Shown in pieces: positions 9,311-17,958 of a DNA stretch of 64,000 nt (within the stretch, counting starts at the first letter, position 1; each line of letters begins with the position of its first letter). The stretch comes from Pseudomonadota bacterium. Its GTDB lineage: Bacteria > Desulfobacterota > Desulfobacteria > Desulfobacterales > JBDRRP01. The notes under the pieces are model-generated. The model was given only the letters and a program-made list of their open reading frames with translations. It ran no database searches and had not been told where the DNA came from. The position numbers were made by a program, and so were the translations under genes. The DNA is taken from NCBI GenBank assembly GCA_043825735.1, contig JBDRRP010000139.1:64001-128000 (forward strand), read 5' to 3'.

Positions 9311-9908
9311 GGTCTTGGTATTCCTTGAGCTTTTCGTCCAGATCGGCGAGCCAGTCCGCATCGACCAGGGACTTCAGGATCCGGCGCACCTCATAAATCG
9401 GACTCTCCTTTTTGAGCCTTCGCAAGAATCCCAGTTCCGCCACTTTGTTGATATGGGCGTCCATCCGGTCTACCAGCTTGGCCTCATTGGCCTGGTCGGG
9501 CAAAAAGACCCGCATCATCTCCACCATCTGGTCCCGGGTCAAAATCATCCGGGAGCCCTCGCCGCCGGCATCGGCTTCGATGAGCTTTTTTCTTAACAGC
9601 ACGCAAAGGAGGCTCACCGGATAGCTCAGTGGCCGCCGGTGGATGAGTCGCGGGAGGGCGACGGTTTCCTCCTTGTCGGTTTCTTCCTGGCGCAAGAAAG
9701 CGTACCCTTCGGCCTCGTCCAGGGTCAGGCCCAGGCCCATGACGGCCAGATAGTCCATCACCCGGGCCTGAAGGGCCATCAGGTCGTGCCAGAGCGCTTC
9801 ATGCTGGTCCCGGTAAATGACACCGCGCATGAGCCTGACCACCACCGGTCCGAGTTGAGGCAGGCCCCTGTTTTCATCTATTTCTTGAGATCCGTTTTGT
9901 TTTTCCAT
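9288..9908 (-). CDS. jetB: Wadjet JetB (DUF4194)
   Basis: DYLAVMGLGLTLDEAEGYAFLRQ, RRPLSYPVSLLCVLLRKKL; lies between jetA and jetC. Confidence 0.92.
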   Translation of the reverse strand: MEKQNGSQEIDENRGLPQLGPVVVRLMRGVIYRDQHEALWHDLMALQARVMDYLAVMGLGLTLDEAEGYAFLRQEETDKEETVALPRLIHRRPLSYPVSLLCVLLRKKLIEADAGGEGSRMILTRDQMVEMMRVFLPDQANEAKLVDRMDAHINKVAELGFLRRLKKESPIYEVRRILKSLVDADWLADLDEKLKEYQDHAADNES

Positions 9909-9924
9909 TTCAAGGCCGTTATCG

Positions 9925-11359
9925 TCACCCGGTAAAGATTACCCGCGGCATGTGCACGGTCCGCATACCGCCGTCGGGGCCGGTCCAGCGGATGGCCTGC
10001 ACCGTGTCGGTGTCCACCACGGCGGTATCGTCCCGGCAGGCCAGGTGGAGATAAGCCACCACCTCGCTGAGCCCCTTTTCGACGGGATAGATTTCACAGA
10101 GCCGTTCCAGAGAGATCTGGGACAGTCCCCGCAGGGCGGTGCGGATACGTTCCCGCAGTATCTTTTCATCCACATAGTGCTGGTTGTAAAGGGCCGGGGT
10201 GTCGAAATCCGCCTTACCGGGCATCGGCGCATCATTCACTTCCGGGCGTCGAAGGGGTCTGAACAGCCCCCGGGACATAGGCAGAAAAATCTCCGGCTTG
10301 ACATCGTCCACGCAGGTAAGGTGTTTTTCCCCCGGGGGCCGGTCGCGGAGATTCACTGCCGTTTTCTCGATATCCCGGATCAGGGTCATGATTCGGCGGT
10401 TTTCCAGCCATGCCTGGTCGTCGAGGAACCGGCGGAGCTGCTCCACCAGCAGGGCACAGGTCTCGTTGGCCTTTTCTCCGGCCTCAAGGAGATAAAACCG
10501 GATTCGGGCCAGACTTGGGTCCGGTTCCATTTCCCGCACCTCCGGTAGATCGAGTGCTCTGCCGATGAGCCGGTCCAACTCCGCCTGGCTGGCCGGTGAC
10601 ATGAGATAGGTCCAGAAGGCGCGAAAACTCCGGCCCTGGTCCGAATCCCGGATGGCGTCTTCTTCACCGAAAATGTCATCCAGCAGTTTGCCCTTGGGCT
10701 GGTCGCTGGTGGCGATGCGGGCCCGGGTTTTTCGGTCGAGCTGGCGGAAATTTTCCTCAATCTGGCGAAAGTCGGATAACAGTCGCCGGACCGTGTCCTC
10801 GGCTTCCAGAAACCGTTCCCGGATCCCGGTGGTGTCCCGGGGGGGGCAGGCGTCCCGTCTTGAGCCGGGCAATCTCTGCGTCTATATCCGCTTTTTTCTG
10901 CTCCAGTTCCTTGATCTGTTCTTCGGGTGCAGCGGAGCCCTGGCGCACGATCTCCCTTAAGAGCCGAAACACGGTCAACAGACGGGATTCGGCCCCGACG
11001 AATCGTTTGGGCTCCAGGGAAGCGATCCAGCCCATGACCCTTTCGCTGGCAGGTGTCAGGTCGTACTGGGCCTCATCGCTTTTTTCCGGGTAGTATTTGC
11101 GCAAAAATGCCTGTTCGCCGCTTGCCCAGGCATCGAGGTAGTCTGACGGTTTTCGGGGAAACAAATCTTGGCCATGGATCTGGCGCAAGTGGTAGAGGTA
11201 GTCGTCCAGTCTCTCGGTGAGTTCACCGGCGGCAACAGCCCGGCGATTGTGCCGAATAAATGTCAAATGGAAAAAACTCAGGATCAGCGGCGCCGTATCT
11301 GCAGTCAGCAGCCGCCAGGCCGGGTGTTTTTTGAGGCTGAGAAGATAATCGAAGTTCAT
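9925..11359 (-). pseudogene. jetA: Wadjet JetA (DUF3375), split by a +1 frameshift in a C8 tract at 10839-10846
   Basis: Two overlapping ORFs: HPAWRLL..ADTAPLIL...SRLLTVF, and DFRQIEENFR...SDQGRSFRAFW...KGLSEVVAYL. Removing one C joins them into 477 aa. Confidence 0.9.
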
Positions 11360-11400
11360 TTTCTCTCACCACTCGAATCCGCTGACCAATTGAAATATCC

Positions 11401-11432
11401 TATTGACCATATTCCAGCAAAATGGGTCAATA
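11401..11432. promoter_or_regulatory. Candidate operator: perfect 8-bp inverted repeat upstream of jetA
   Basis: TATTGACC-N16-GGTCAATA; each arm contains a TTGACC -35-like hexamer. Confidence 0.5.
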
Positions 11433-11590
11433 CATTTCCGTAATCTCACGGATTTCAACTGTTTTGGCGAAGTCGATGTGCGTGCAGCGGCGGATCTCAT
11501 GTGTCCAGGCAGTGCTTGCCCATTTGTTGGAGAATGGTACATAATCAGATAACCGCCATCCATGGCTATCGTCCGGCAGGGAGAAACCCG

Positions 11591-12385
11591 ATGGGCAATC
11601 TGCTTCACATCACCAGCGGCGATATCGCCGGCGCCAGTTTGAACAAAGCCGGGCTTGCGGGGGAAGTGTTCGTTTGGCACGACATCCTCTGCGACGGACC
11701 GCGCAGTCCCGGGTGGACCGATGACGATACGCTCAAGGCCCGCGCACAGTTTCTGGAGGGGGTCACCGGCGGCGGCTTGAACCGCGGCGTCGTCCTGAGC
11801 ACGCTACGCGGCCAGTATGACAAGCTGGCAGCGGCAGGAGCCCATAACGGCATTGCCTTGTGGTTCGATGCCTGTCTTTTTGACCAGTCGATGCTCGCCC
11901 ACATCCTGATGTGCCTGCGCCATCAACGCATCGATGATGCGGCGCTGCTTTGCGTGGACACCGCCTTTGCCAGCCTGGATCTGTCCCTGTTGACCGAGCT
12001 GTCACAAACCGCCGATGCGCCGCTGCCCTGGATCGCCGCCGCAGCGGCGCGATGGCTGCAGGAGCGGCCTGCCCCGGCGACCGGGTTGGGGCGGCTTGAA
12101 AGCCTTGCCCTCGCGGCGATTCGTGACGGGTGCCAAACGCCGGGCGAGATCTTCGCGACGGTGGCTGCCGCAGACACGCCGCCGCAGTTCTGGGGCGACA
12201 CGATGCTCTGGGCAAAAATCAATGCGCTCGCGCGGCGCGAGCCGCCGTTGGTAAGGATCGCGGGACCCGCCGACCGGCTGCCCCAATGGGAGAGCGTTCC
12301 TGCCGCTGAAGGACTTCAGGATCAAGCCGGTACCGGATACCGGGTCAATTCCCACATGACGCCCGAAAGACTTTTTTGCCGGTAA
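11591..12385 (+). CDS. DUF1835-domain protein, probably degenerate (internal deletion and 3' frameshift)
   Basis: LHITSGD...WHDILCDGP...LWFDACLFDQ...FWGD. An alternative frame from ~12300 reads LPLKDFRIKP, stop 12359. Confidence 0.7.
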   Translation: MGNLLHITSGDIAGASLNKAGLAGEVFVWHDILCDGPRSPGWTDDDTLKARAQFLEGVTGGGLNRGVVLSTLRGQYDKLAAAGAHNGIALWFDACLFDQSMLAHILMCLRHQRIDDAALLCVDTAFASLDLSLLTELSQTADAPLPWIAAAAARWLQERPAPATGLGRLESLALAAIRDGCQTPGEIFATVAAADTPPQFWGDTMLWAKINALARREPPLVRIAGPADRLPQWESVPAAEGLQDQAGTGYRVNSHMTPERLFCR

Positions 12386-12501
12386 ATCACCAACGGCGCC
12401 ACAGCCGGCCAGAAGAAGGAATCGTATGCGCACCGCAGCTCTCAGCTTTGTTTCCACCGCGCTTTGCGCTGGTGTGGAGATCTGCTTCGCCAATCTCGGT
12501 A

Positions 12502-13644
12502 CTATGCCTTGTCACCGGGCGTCGCCGATGCGAAAATGCCATCCATGTCGGCCTTGGTTTCTTTTGTGTTTGATTGTGGCAGGGATGCATTTTCTGGTTC
12601 CCGGGCTGAATGGCTCATCACCTGCTCAAAATATTCCTGTTTAAAGCCCAGGCGTTTCATATACTGCCATTGTGCTTCATTTTTAAGAGACTTCAGGGCG
12701 CCAAAGATGTGCTGGTGTTCGTCAAAAACGCGGTCAAGGTCCATATCCGTATCCATGCCCATGGCTTTTGCCAGCTCCCGCGTATCCCGATAGATTTCCG
12801 CTTTGCCCGCATTCCTTGGAAATACGGCATACATCCTGGCGCTGCCTTTCAATTGACGCACTTCATTATTCACGGCCCGTATCGCCTTCTGGAAAAGGGC
12901 CTTGAAGCCGGCGATGCCGTACGCCGGCAGAACGCAGCACGGGCCAAGGCGATAGGCGTGATCGGGACCTTCGGCAAAGCAGCCTTCATCTTTTGACGCC
13001 TGCCGCCGTCTAATCATAAGAAACCCCACAATCTTTCCCTGGTCTTTTAAAGCGCAGCAGCCCTCCTTGATTGAATCAGTGTAGATGTGCGTAAGAAGCT
13101 GGAGACGGTCCGACTTGAAGTATCGCGCATCAAGTTGGGCGACGGCCTTAAGGTCATGCGCGGTGAGCCTTTCCACCGGTAGGTGTTTGCCCGGATCCAA
13201 CTCCTCATCGTCGACCTTGAGGGGCAACTCGGCCTCTTGCGCCGTTGTGAATGCCTCTGCATGGAAACCCGCTTTTTTGTAAAGGCCGATTGCGAGCGGC
13301 ACCGACCCCAGTCGAAAGGTGAGCACGCCCTTGCTTTCACAAAGATGGTCGATGACGCCCCCGATCAGGTCCGCAGCAAACCCCATTCCCCTGGCCTCCT
13401 GGGCGACGACGATATTGCCGATCCAGGCCTGGTTGCCATAGTTTGTGGTGAATATGCTCCCGATAACGCGTCCATCCCTCAGGAGGGTAAAACAGTCCTG
13501 ATCGAGGGATAGATACCGTTTCAGCTCGTGGCGGTCGTAGTAGTACCATCCCTCTTTGTTCATGAGTTCAAGGATGCCGTTGATATCCGCTTCGCGGAAT
13601 CGTTGCACCTTGACGCCTGGCGTGGTTATGATAGTTTCTTCCAC
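12502..13644 (-). CDS. GNAT family N-acetyltransferase with C-terminal extension
   Basis: WIGNIVVAQEARGMGFA...AIGLYKKAGF; start uncertain (GTG 13644 chosen). Confidence 0.8.
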   Translation of the reverse strand: MEETIITTPGVKVQRFREADINGILELMNKEGWYYYDRHELKRYLSLDQDCFTLLRDGRVIGSIFTTNYGNQAWIGNIVVAQEARGMGFAADLIGGVIDHLCESKGVLTFRLGSVPLAIGLYKKAGFHAEAFTTAQEAELPLKVDDEELDPGKHLPVERLTAHDLKAVAQLDARYFKSDRLQLLTHIYTDSIKEGCCALKDQGKIVGFLMIRRRQASKDEGCFAEGPDHAYRLGPCCVLPAYGIAGFKALFQKAIRAVNNEVRQLKGSARMYAVFPRNAGKAEIYRDTRELAKAMGMDTDMDLDRVFDEHQHIFGALKSLKNEAQWQYMKRLGFKQEYFEQVMSHSAREPENASLPQSNTKETKADMDGIFASATPGDKA

Positions 13645-13795
13645 GGTAAATGTCCCTTCAAAGCCAATGTTTATCGGTTTTCGGCGCATCGCAGAAAAAC
13701 AATGCTGCAACATCATGTCAGTATTGAATTGTGAAGCGGCGGCAGATGAAAGACAGTTCAAGATCAATCAGCGGTTTCAGTATAACAAAAAAGCG

Positions 13796-14605
13796 ATGAA
13801 AGAAAACAGTCCCGCGAACAAAGCCCGGATCGTCTATTTCCCCCATGGCGGCGGCCCGCTGCCGATTCTCGAAGACGCCAGTCACCGAGCGATGGTCGAT
13901 TTCATGCGGCGGCTTCCCTCACAACTGAGGCCCCCGGATGCGATTCTTGTCGTCAGTGCCCATTGGGAAGAAAGTGCAGCGACGCTGCTGGGCGCACACA
14001 AACCGCCCATGTTCTATGATTATTACGGTTTTGCGGATGAGGCTTACAAAGTCACCTACCCGGCGCCCGGGAGCCCCGACCTATCGAATCGGATTATAAA
14101 ATTACTGCGCAAGCAAAATCTTCCGTCGAATATCGATCCTGAGCGGGGATTCGACCATGGCTTGTTCATTCCGCTGAAACTGATGTATCCGCAGGCCGAA
14201 ATCCCCTCGCTGCAGCTTTCCCTGATCCGCGGTCTCGACCCGGCCGCGCATATCGCCCTTGGCAAGGCGCTTCGCGAATTGATGTGCGAGAACATTCTGG
14301 TGATCGGATCCGGTTTTTCCTTCCACAACATGCGCGCATTCTCTTTCGATGGGAGCAGTACCCCCGATTCGGCCAATGACGCTTTCCAGAACTGGCTGAT
14401 CGAGACATGCACCGGACCAATGCGTCACTCCGAGCGCGAACATCGCCTCGTCGATTGGGAAAAAGCCCCTTCCGCGCGCTACTGCCACCCCCGTGAGGAG
14501 CATTTGCTGCCGCTGCACGTGTGTCTCGGTATGGCGGACAAGCCGGCTCAAGTGGTGTTCGATGATCTCATCCTGGGCAAGCGCGCGGTCGCGTTCTTGT
14601 GGTGA
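13796..14605 (+). CDS. Class III extradiol ring-cleavage dioxygenase (LigB/DODA/YgiD-like)
   Basis: HGGGP, SAHWE, RGFDHG, GSGFSFHN, HPREEHLLPL. Confidence 0.92.
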   Translation: MKENSPANKARIVYFPHGGGPLPILEDASHRAMVDFMRRLPSQLRPPDAILVVSAHWEESAATLLGAHKPPMFYDYYGFADEAYKVTYPAPGSPDLSNRIIKLLRKQNLPSNIDPERGFDHGLFIPLKLMYPQAEIPSLQLSLIRGLDPAAHIALGKALRELMCENILVIGSGFSFHNMRAFSFDGSSTPDSANDAFQNWLIETCTGPMRHSEREHRLVDWEKAPSARYCHPREEHLLPLHVCLGMADKPAQVVFDDLILGKRAVAFLW

Positions 14606-14646
14606 AGGAACAATCCGCAGGCGTTTAACGGGTTTAGGGGGTGTCG

Positions 14647-14662
14647 GGGCACGAGATTTGCT
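14647..14662 (+). promoter_or_regulatory. Possible sigma-54 (-24/-12) promoter
   Basis: GGGCAC-GAGAT-TTGCT; correct GG-N10-GC spacing; ~180 bp upstream of metF. Confidence 0.4.
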
Positions 14663-14844
14663 ATGAAAATCGAAAGTTGCACTTGAGATATTCATAAATT
14701 GGCGCCGGTTGGGATCAAATCGGCGGCGGCATGCCACCGCATTACGGCAGCCTTGACTTACTGACTGCGCCTCCTGATGATACGGTTTGTCGCCATTATC
14801 GGCCAAAGCGTTTTCATTTCATCCATCGATCGGAGTCCCTCGCC

Positions 14845-16398
14845 ATGCTGCGCGTATTTCAAAACGACATCCTCGATGCGGAACAGTTCGTGGTGACCCT
14901 GGAGCTGGTGCCGGGGCGTGAATCCACTGGCCGCTCCGTGGATACGGTGATGGGCATCGCCAAAGACGCCTTTGCCGACGGGCGCCTCTCGGCGGTATCC
15001 ATCACCGACAATCCCGGCGGAAACCCGTCGCTGAGCCCCGATGCCATCGGCTACCGCATCTTTTCTCTCGGTATGGATGTCATCGTCCACTTCACCTGCC
15101 GGGACATGAACCGGGTGGGCATGGAAAGCCGGGCCCTGCAGCTGGCCATGATGGGGATGAAAAATATCCTGGCCCTCACCGGCGACTACGCGGGCCAGGG
15201 GTTTGGCGGGCAGGGGGCTCCGGTGTTCGATCTGGACTCGGTGACGGTGCAGATCATGCTCGAGCTGATCAGCGCGCGCATCAACGCCGCCGGCGACCCC
15301 GACGGCTTTTTTACCGGCTGCGCGGTCTCCCCTTTCAAGTTTACCGAGGGTGAAACCTATGCCCAGTACGCCAAACTGAGCCGCAAGGTGGCGGCCGGCG
15401 CCCGGTTCATCATCACTCAGTTGGGCTATGACGCGCGCAAGTTTCATGAACTCATGGGTATCGCGCAACGGATGGACATTCAAATACCGGCGCTGGGGTC
15501 GGTGTATGTGCTATCCCCCGGCGCGGCCCGCATCATGAACCGTGGCCGCGTGCCTGGGGCGGTGGTCTCAGATAAACTGCTGCACACCGTTGAAAAGGAA
15601 TGGGAAGACAAAAAGGCGGGGCGGGCCGCGTCCATCGAGCGGGCGGCGCGTCTGGGCGCTGTGCTGCGCGGCCTCGGCTACCGGGGCGTTCACATCGGCG
15701 GTATCCACAAAGACTTTTCCACTGTGGGACGTATCCTGGACCGGATGGAAGAAATCAAGGGCCAATGGCAGGCTTTTCTTCCCGATTTCGATGACCCCAT
15801 GCCGGGTGGGTTTTACGCCTTCAGGGAAAAACCGCCTGCGGCCGCGATCAGCACCACTTTCGGCCAGCGCCGGCCGCCGGTGTCGGGCATGGAGCGGGCG
15901 CTGCATGCCTTCATGGCCCGCTCCCACCATGTTTTCTTCAATGCCGAGGCGCGCCTGGCGCCGGTGTTTCGCGCCGTGAGCGCGCGGATGGACGGCGGCA
16001 TCTGGGGCAGGCTCTTTTTTCACCTGGCCGAACATCCCGTAAAACGCGTGCTTCTGGGCTGCCGGCAGTGCGGTGACTGCGCCATTCAGCACGTGGGGTT
16101 TCTCTGCCCTGAATCGCGGTGCCCCAAGCACCTCCGCAACGGCGCCTGCGGCGGCAGTACAAACGGCATGTGCGAAGTAAATCCCGATCGCCAATGCGTG
16201 TGGTTTCGGGCGCACAACCGGTGGGCGTCAGAGGGCAAGGCCCCGCAGATGTGCGACGGGTGCGTCCCCCCGCGCATGTGGGAGCTCGACCGCTCCAGCT
16301 CGTGGCTCAACTTCCACCTGGGCCGCGACCACCACAGCGCCGGCTCGGAGATTACACGGCTTTGCCGGGAGACGACATGCCGGTTGATGGTGGGGTAG
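14845..16398 (+). CDS. metF: Methylenetetrahydrofolate reductase MetF fused to a C-terminal MetV-like Cys-rich domain
   Basis: ITDNPGG, HFTCRDMNR, LALTGD, ITQLGYD; C-terminal GCRQCGDC...CPK.LRNGACGG...CEV...CVW. Confidence 0.9.
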   Translation: MLRVFQNDILDAEQFVVTLELVPGRESTGRSVDTVMGIAKDAFADGRLSAVSITDNPGGNPSLSPDAIGYRIFSLGMDVIVHFTCRDMNRVGMESRALQLAMMGMKNILALTGDYAGQGFGGQGAPVFDLDSVTVQIMLELISARINAAGDPDGFFTGCAVSPFKFTEGETYAQYAKLSRKVAAGARFIITQLGYDARKFHELMGIAQRMDIQIPALGSVYVLSPGAARIMNRGRVPGAVVSDKLLHTVEKEWEDKKAGRAASIERAARLGAVLRGLGYRGVHIGGIHKDFSTVGRILDRMEEIKGQWQAFLPDFDDPMPGGFYAFREKPPAAAISTTFGQRRPPVSGMERALHAFMARSHHVFFNAEARLAPVFRAVSARMDGGIWGRLFFHLAEHPVKRVLLGCRQCGDCAIQHVGFLCPESRCPKHLRNGACGGSTNGMCEVNPDRQCVWFRAHNRWASEGKAPQMCDGCVPPRMWELDRSSSWLNFHLGRDHHSAGSEITRLCRETTCRLMVG

Positions 16399-16456
16399 GC
16401 CGGCCGTAAACAAAGCTGCGCCAAGACGCAAAGAACGCCAAGAAAACCAAAGAGAT

Positions 16457-16578
16457 TTCTCGCGCAGGGGCGCTGAGACGCAGAGGAAAGCGGGTTTGAG
16501 GATTAAACGCGGATCAATGTTTTCAGGTTTTGATTCTATGTTCGCAGTTCTCGGCGTCCCAGCGCTTCTGCGCGAGAT
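16457..16578. repeat. Inverted pair of CGCAGAG-periodic arms around an AT-rich spacer
   Basis: TCTCGCGCAGGGGCGCTGAGACGCAGAG ... CTCGGCGTCCCAGCGCTTCTGCGCGAGA. Confidence 0.7.
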
Positions 16579-16682
16579 AATGGTTTTTAGAGTTTCTGCC
16601 CGCAGGCCGCTAATCCTCCTAATCTGTGTCGCTTTCTAAACCCGCGTAGGCGCAATCTGTGGATGAAAATGGTTTCACCTGA

Positions 16683-17657
16683 TCATACTCTGTGAAACTT
16701 GCTGCGGTATTCTTTTGGACGCAGGCCGGTCTGCTTCATGAACACTTTTCTGAAAGAGCTGCTGTCCTCATAACCTACCCGGTAGGTGATTTCGTCGAAT
16801 GCGCGGGCTCCCTGTTCGAGCAGGCGCTTGGCCGCCTCCACGCGGATGCGCTGCTGGTAGGTGAGGGGGGTGTCGCCGGTGGCCGCCTTGAAGCGGCGCT
16901 CCAGGCTGCGGCGGCTCATGCCATGGGTGTGCGCCAGGGCATCGTAGGTGAAGTTTTTGTCGTAGTTTTTCTCGATCCACGTCTGGATGCCGGCCACCTG
17001 AGGGTCGCCATGGTCCTTCCGGGTGTGGCAGATGGCATAGGGCGCCTGGGAGGCGCGGCCGATCTCGGAGACCACCATCTTCGACGATTGCACGGCCACC
17101 TCGCTGCCGCAGTATTTGCCCACCAGGTAGAGCGAGAGATCGATCCCCGCATTGTAGCCCCCCGAGCAGAAGAGATTCCCCTCGTCGGTGATGAGGTGCT
17201 CTGGTCGGAGATCCACCCTGGGGTAGCGTTTGCGGAAAAGACTGGCAAAGCCCCAGTGGGTGGTGGCGGTCTTGCCGTCCAGGAGGCCGGTTTCGGCCAG
17301 CACGAAGGCGCCGGAGCAGATGGTGGCGATGTGTGCGCCGCGGCGGTGGTGCGCTGTTAGCCAGTCGACGACCTCCCCCTGCTTTTCAAGGGTTTTACGG
17401 ATATCGAGGATCGAGCTGACGATGATGAGGTCCGGTGTGGTAACGTCGTGGATCGACCCGTCCGGGACGATGCGGACCCCGGAGAGACACCGGAACGGCG
17501 CGCCGCTGCTGGTCACCACTTGTGTCCGGAAATAAGGCGCCGGCGCCTGCCCGTTGAAGTGGTTCCACATCACCCCTGCCTGGTAGAAGACATCCAGCGG
17601 TCCGATCACCGTGGAGGCCATGGTGTTGATCATCGCTAAGATCGTTACGTTTTTCAT
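16683..17657 (-). CDS. GlxA-family AraC regulator (DJ-1/PfpI plus HTH)
   Basis: ATICSGAFVLAETGLLDGKTATTHW; MSRRSLERRFK; VGYEDSSSFRKVF. Confidence 0.93.
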   Translation of the reverse strand: MKNVTILAMINTMASTVIGPLDVFYQAGVMWNHFNGQAPAPYFRTQVVTSSGAPFRCLSGVRIVPDGSIHDVTTPDLIIVSSILDIRKTLEKQGEVVDWLTAHHRRGAHIATICSGAFVLAETGLLDGKTATTHWGFASLFRKRYPRVDLRPEHLITDEGNLFCSGGYNAGIDLSLYLVGKYCGSEVAVQSSKMVVSEIGRASQAPYAICHTRKDHGDPQVAGIQTWIEKNYDKNFTYDALAHTHGMSRRSLERRFKAATGDTPLTYQQRIRVEAAKRLLEQGARAFDEITYRVGYEDSSSFRKVFMKQTGLRPKEYRSKFHRV

Positions 17658-17762
17658 GAAACCTCCGGCTGCTTGGCGCAATCAGCCTTTTATTTGTCGA
17701 TAATGCCACTTCCGCGATTGCCGTGCAACCTATAATTGTTGGGTTCGCAAAAAGTTAGAAAT

Positions 17763-17845
17763 CACCACAGAGGACGCAAAGAGCGCAGAGATAAAGCCTT
17801 AATAATCCATAATATTCTCTGTGGTCCTCGGCGATCTCTATGGTT
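17763..17845. repeat. Inverted pair of periodic (CAC/CGC)AGAG arms
   Basis: CACCACAGAGGACGCAAAGAGCGCAGAG ... CTCTGTGGTCCTCGGCGATCTCTATGGTT. Confidence 0.65.
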
Positions 17846-17958
17846 CAAAAACACTTTTTTCGGGTTTGTCAAACTGGGGGTACCATAGGGGGGGCTCGGA
17901 TGACCGGGTGCTGGGCGTAAAGCCGTGCTTGGTGAACGGCGGCAGGAAGGGGCGTACG

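Noticed and set aside
1330..14700. Integrative element or prophage boundaries for the island
   Set aside because: No integrase, tRNA target, att direct repeats or phage genes were seen.
14606..14844. SAM or other riboswitch upstream of metF
   Set aside because: No SAM-I core (AUCxAGAG...GCAACC...GUGC) recognisable; an Rfam scan would be needed to exclude other classes.
17821..17958. N-terminal extension of the 454-aa ORF
   Set aside because: Starts inside a repeat arm; the RBS (AGGAAGG) and family similarity begin at ATG 17959.
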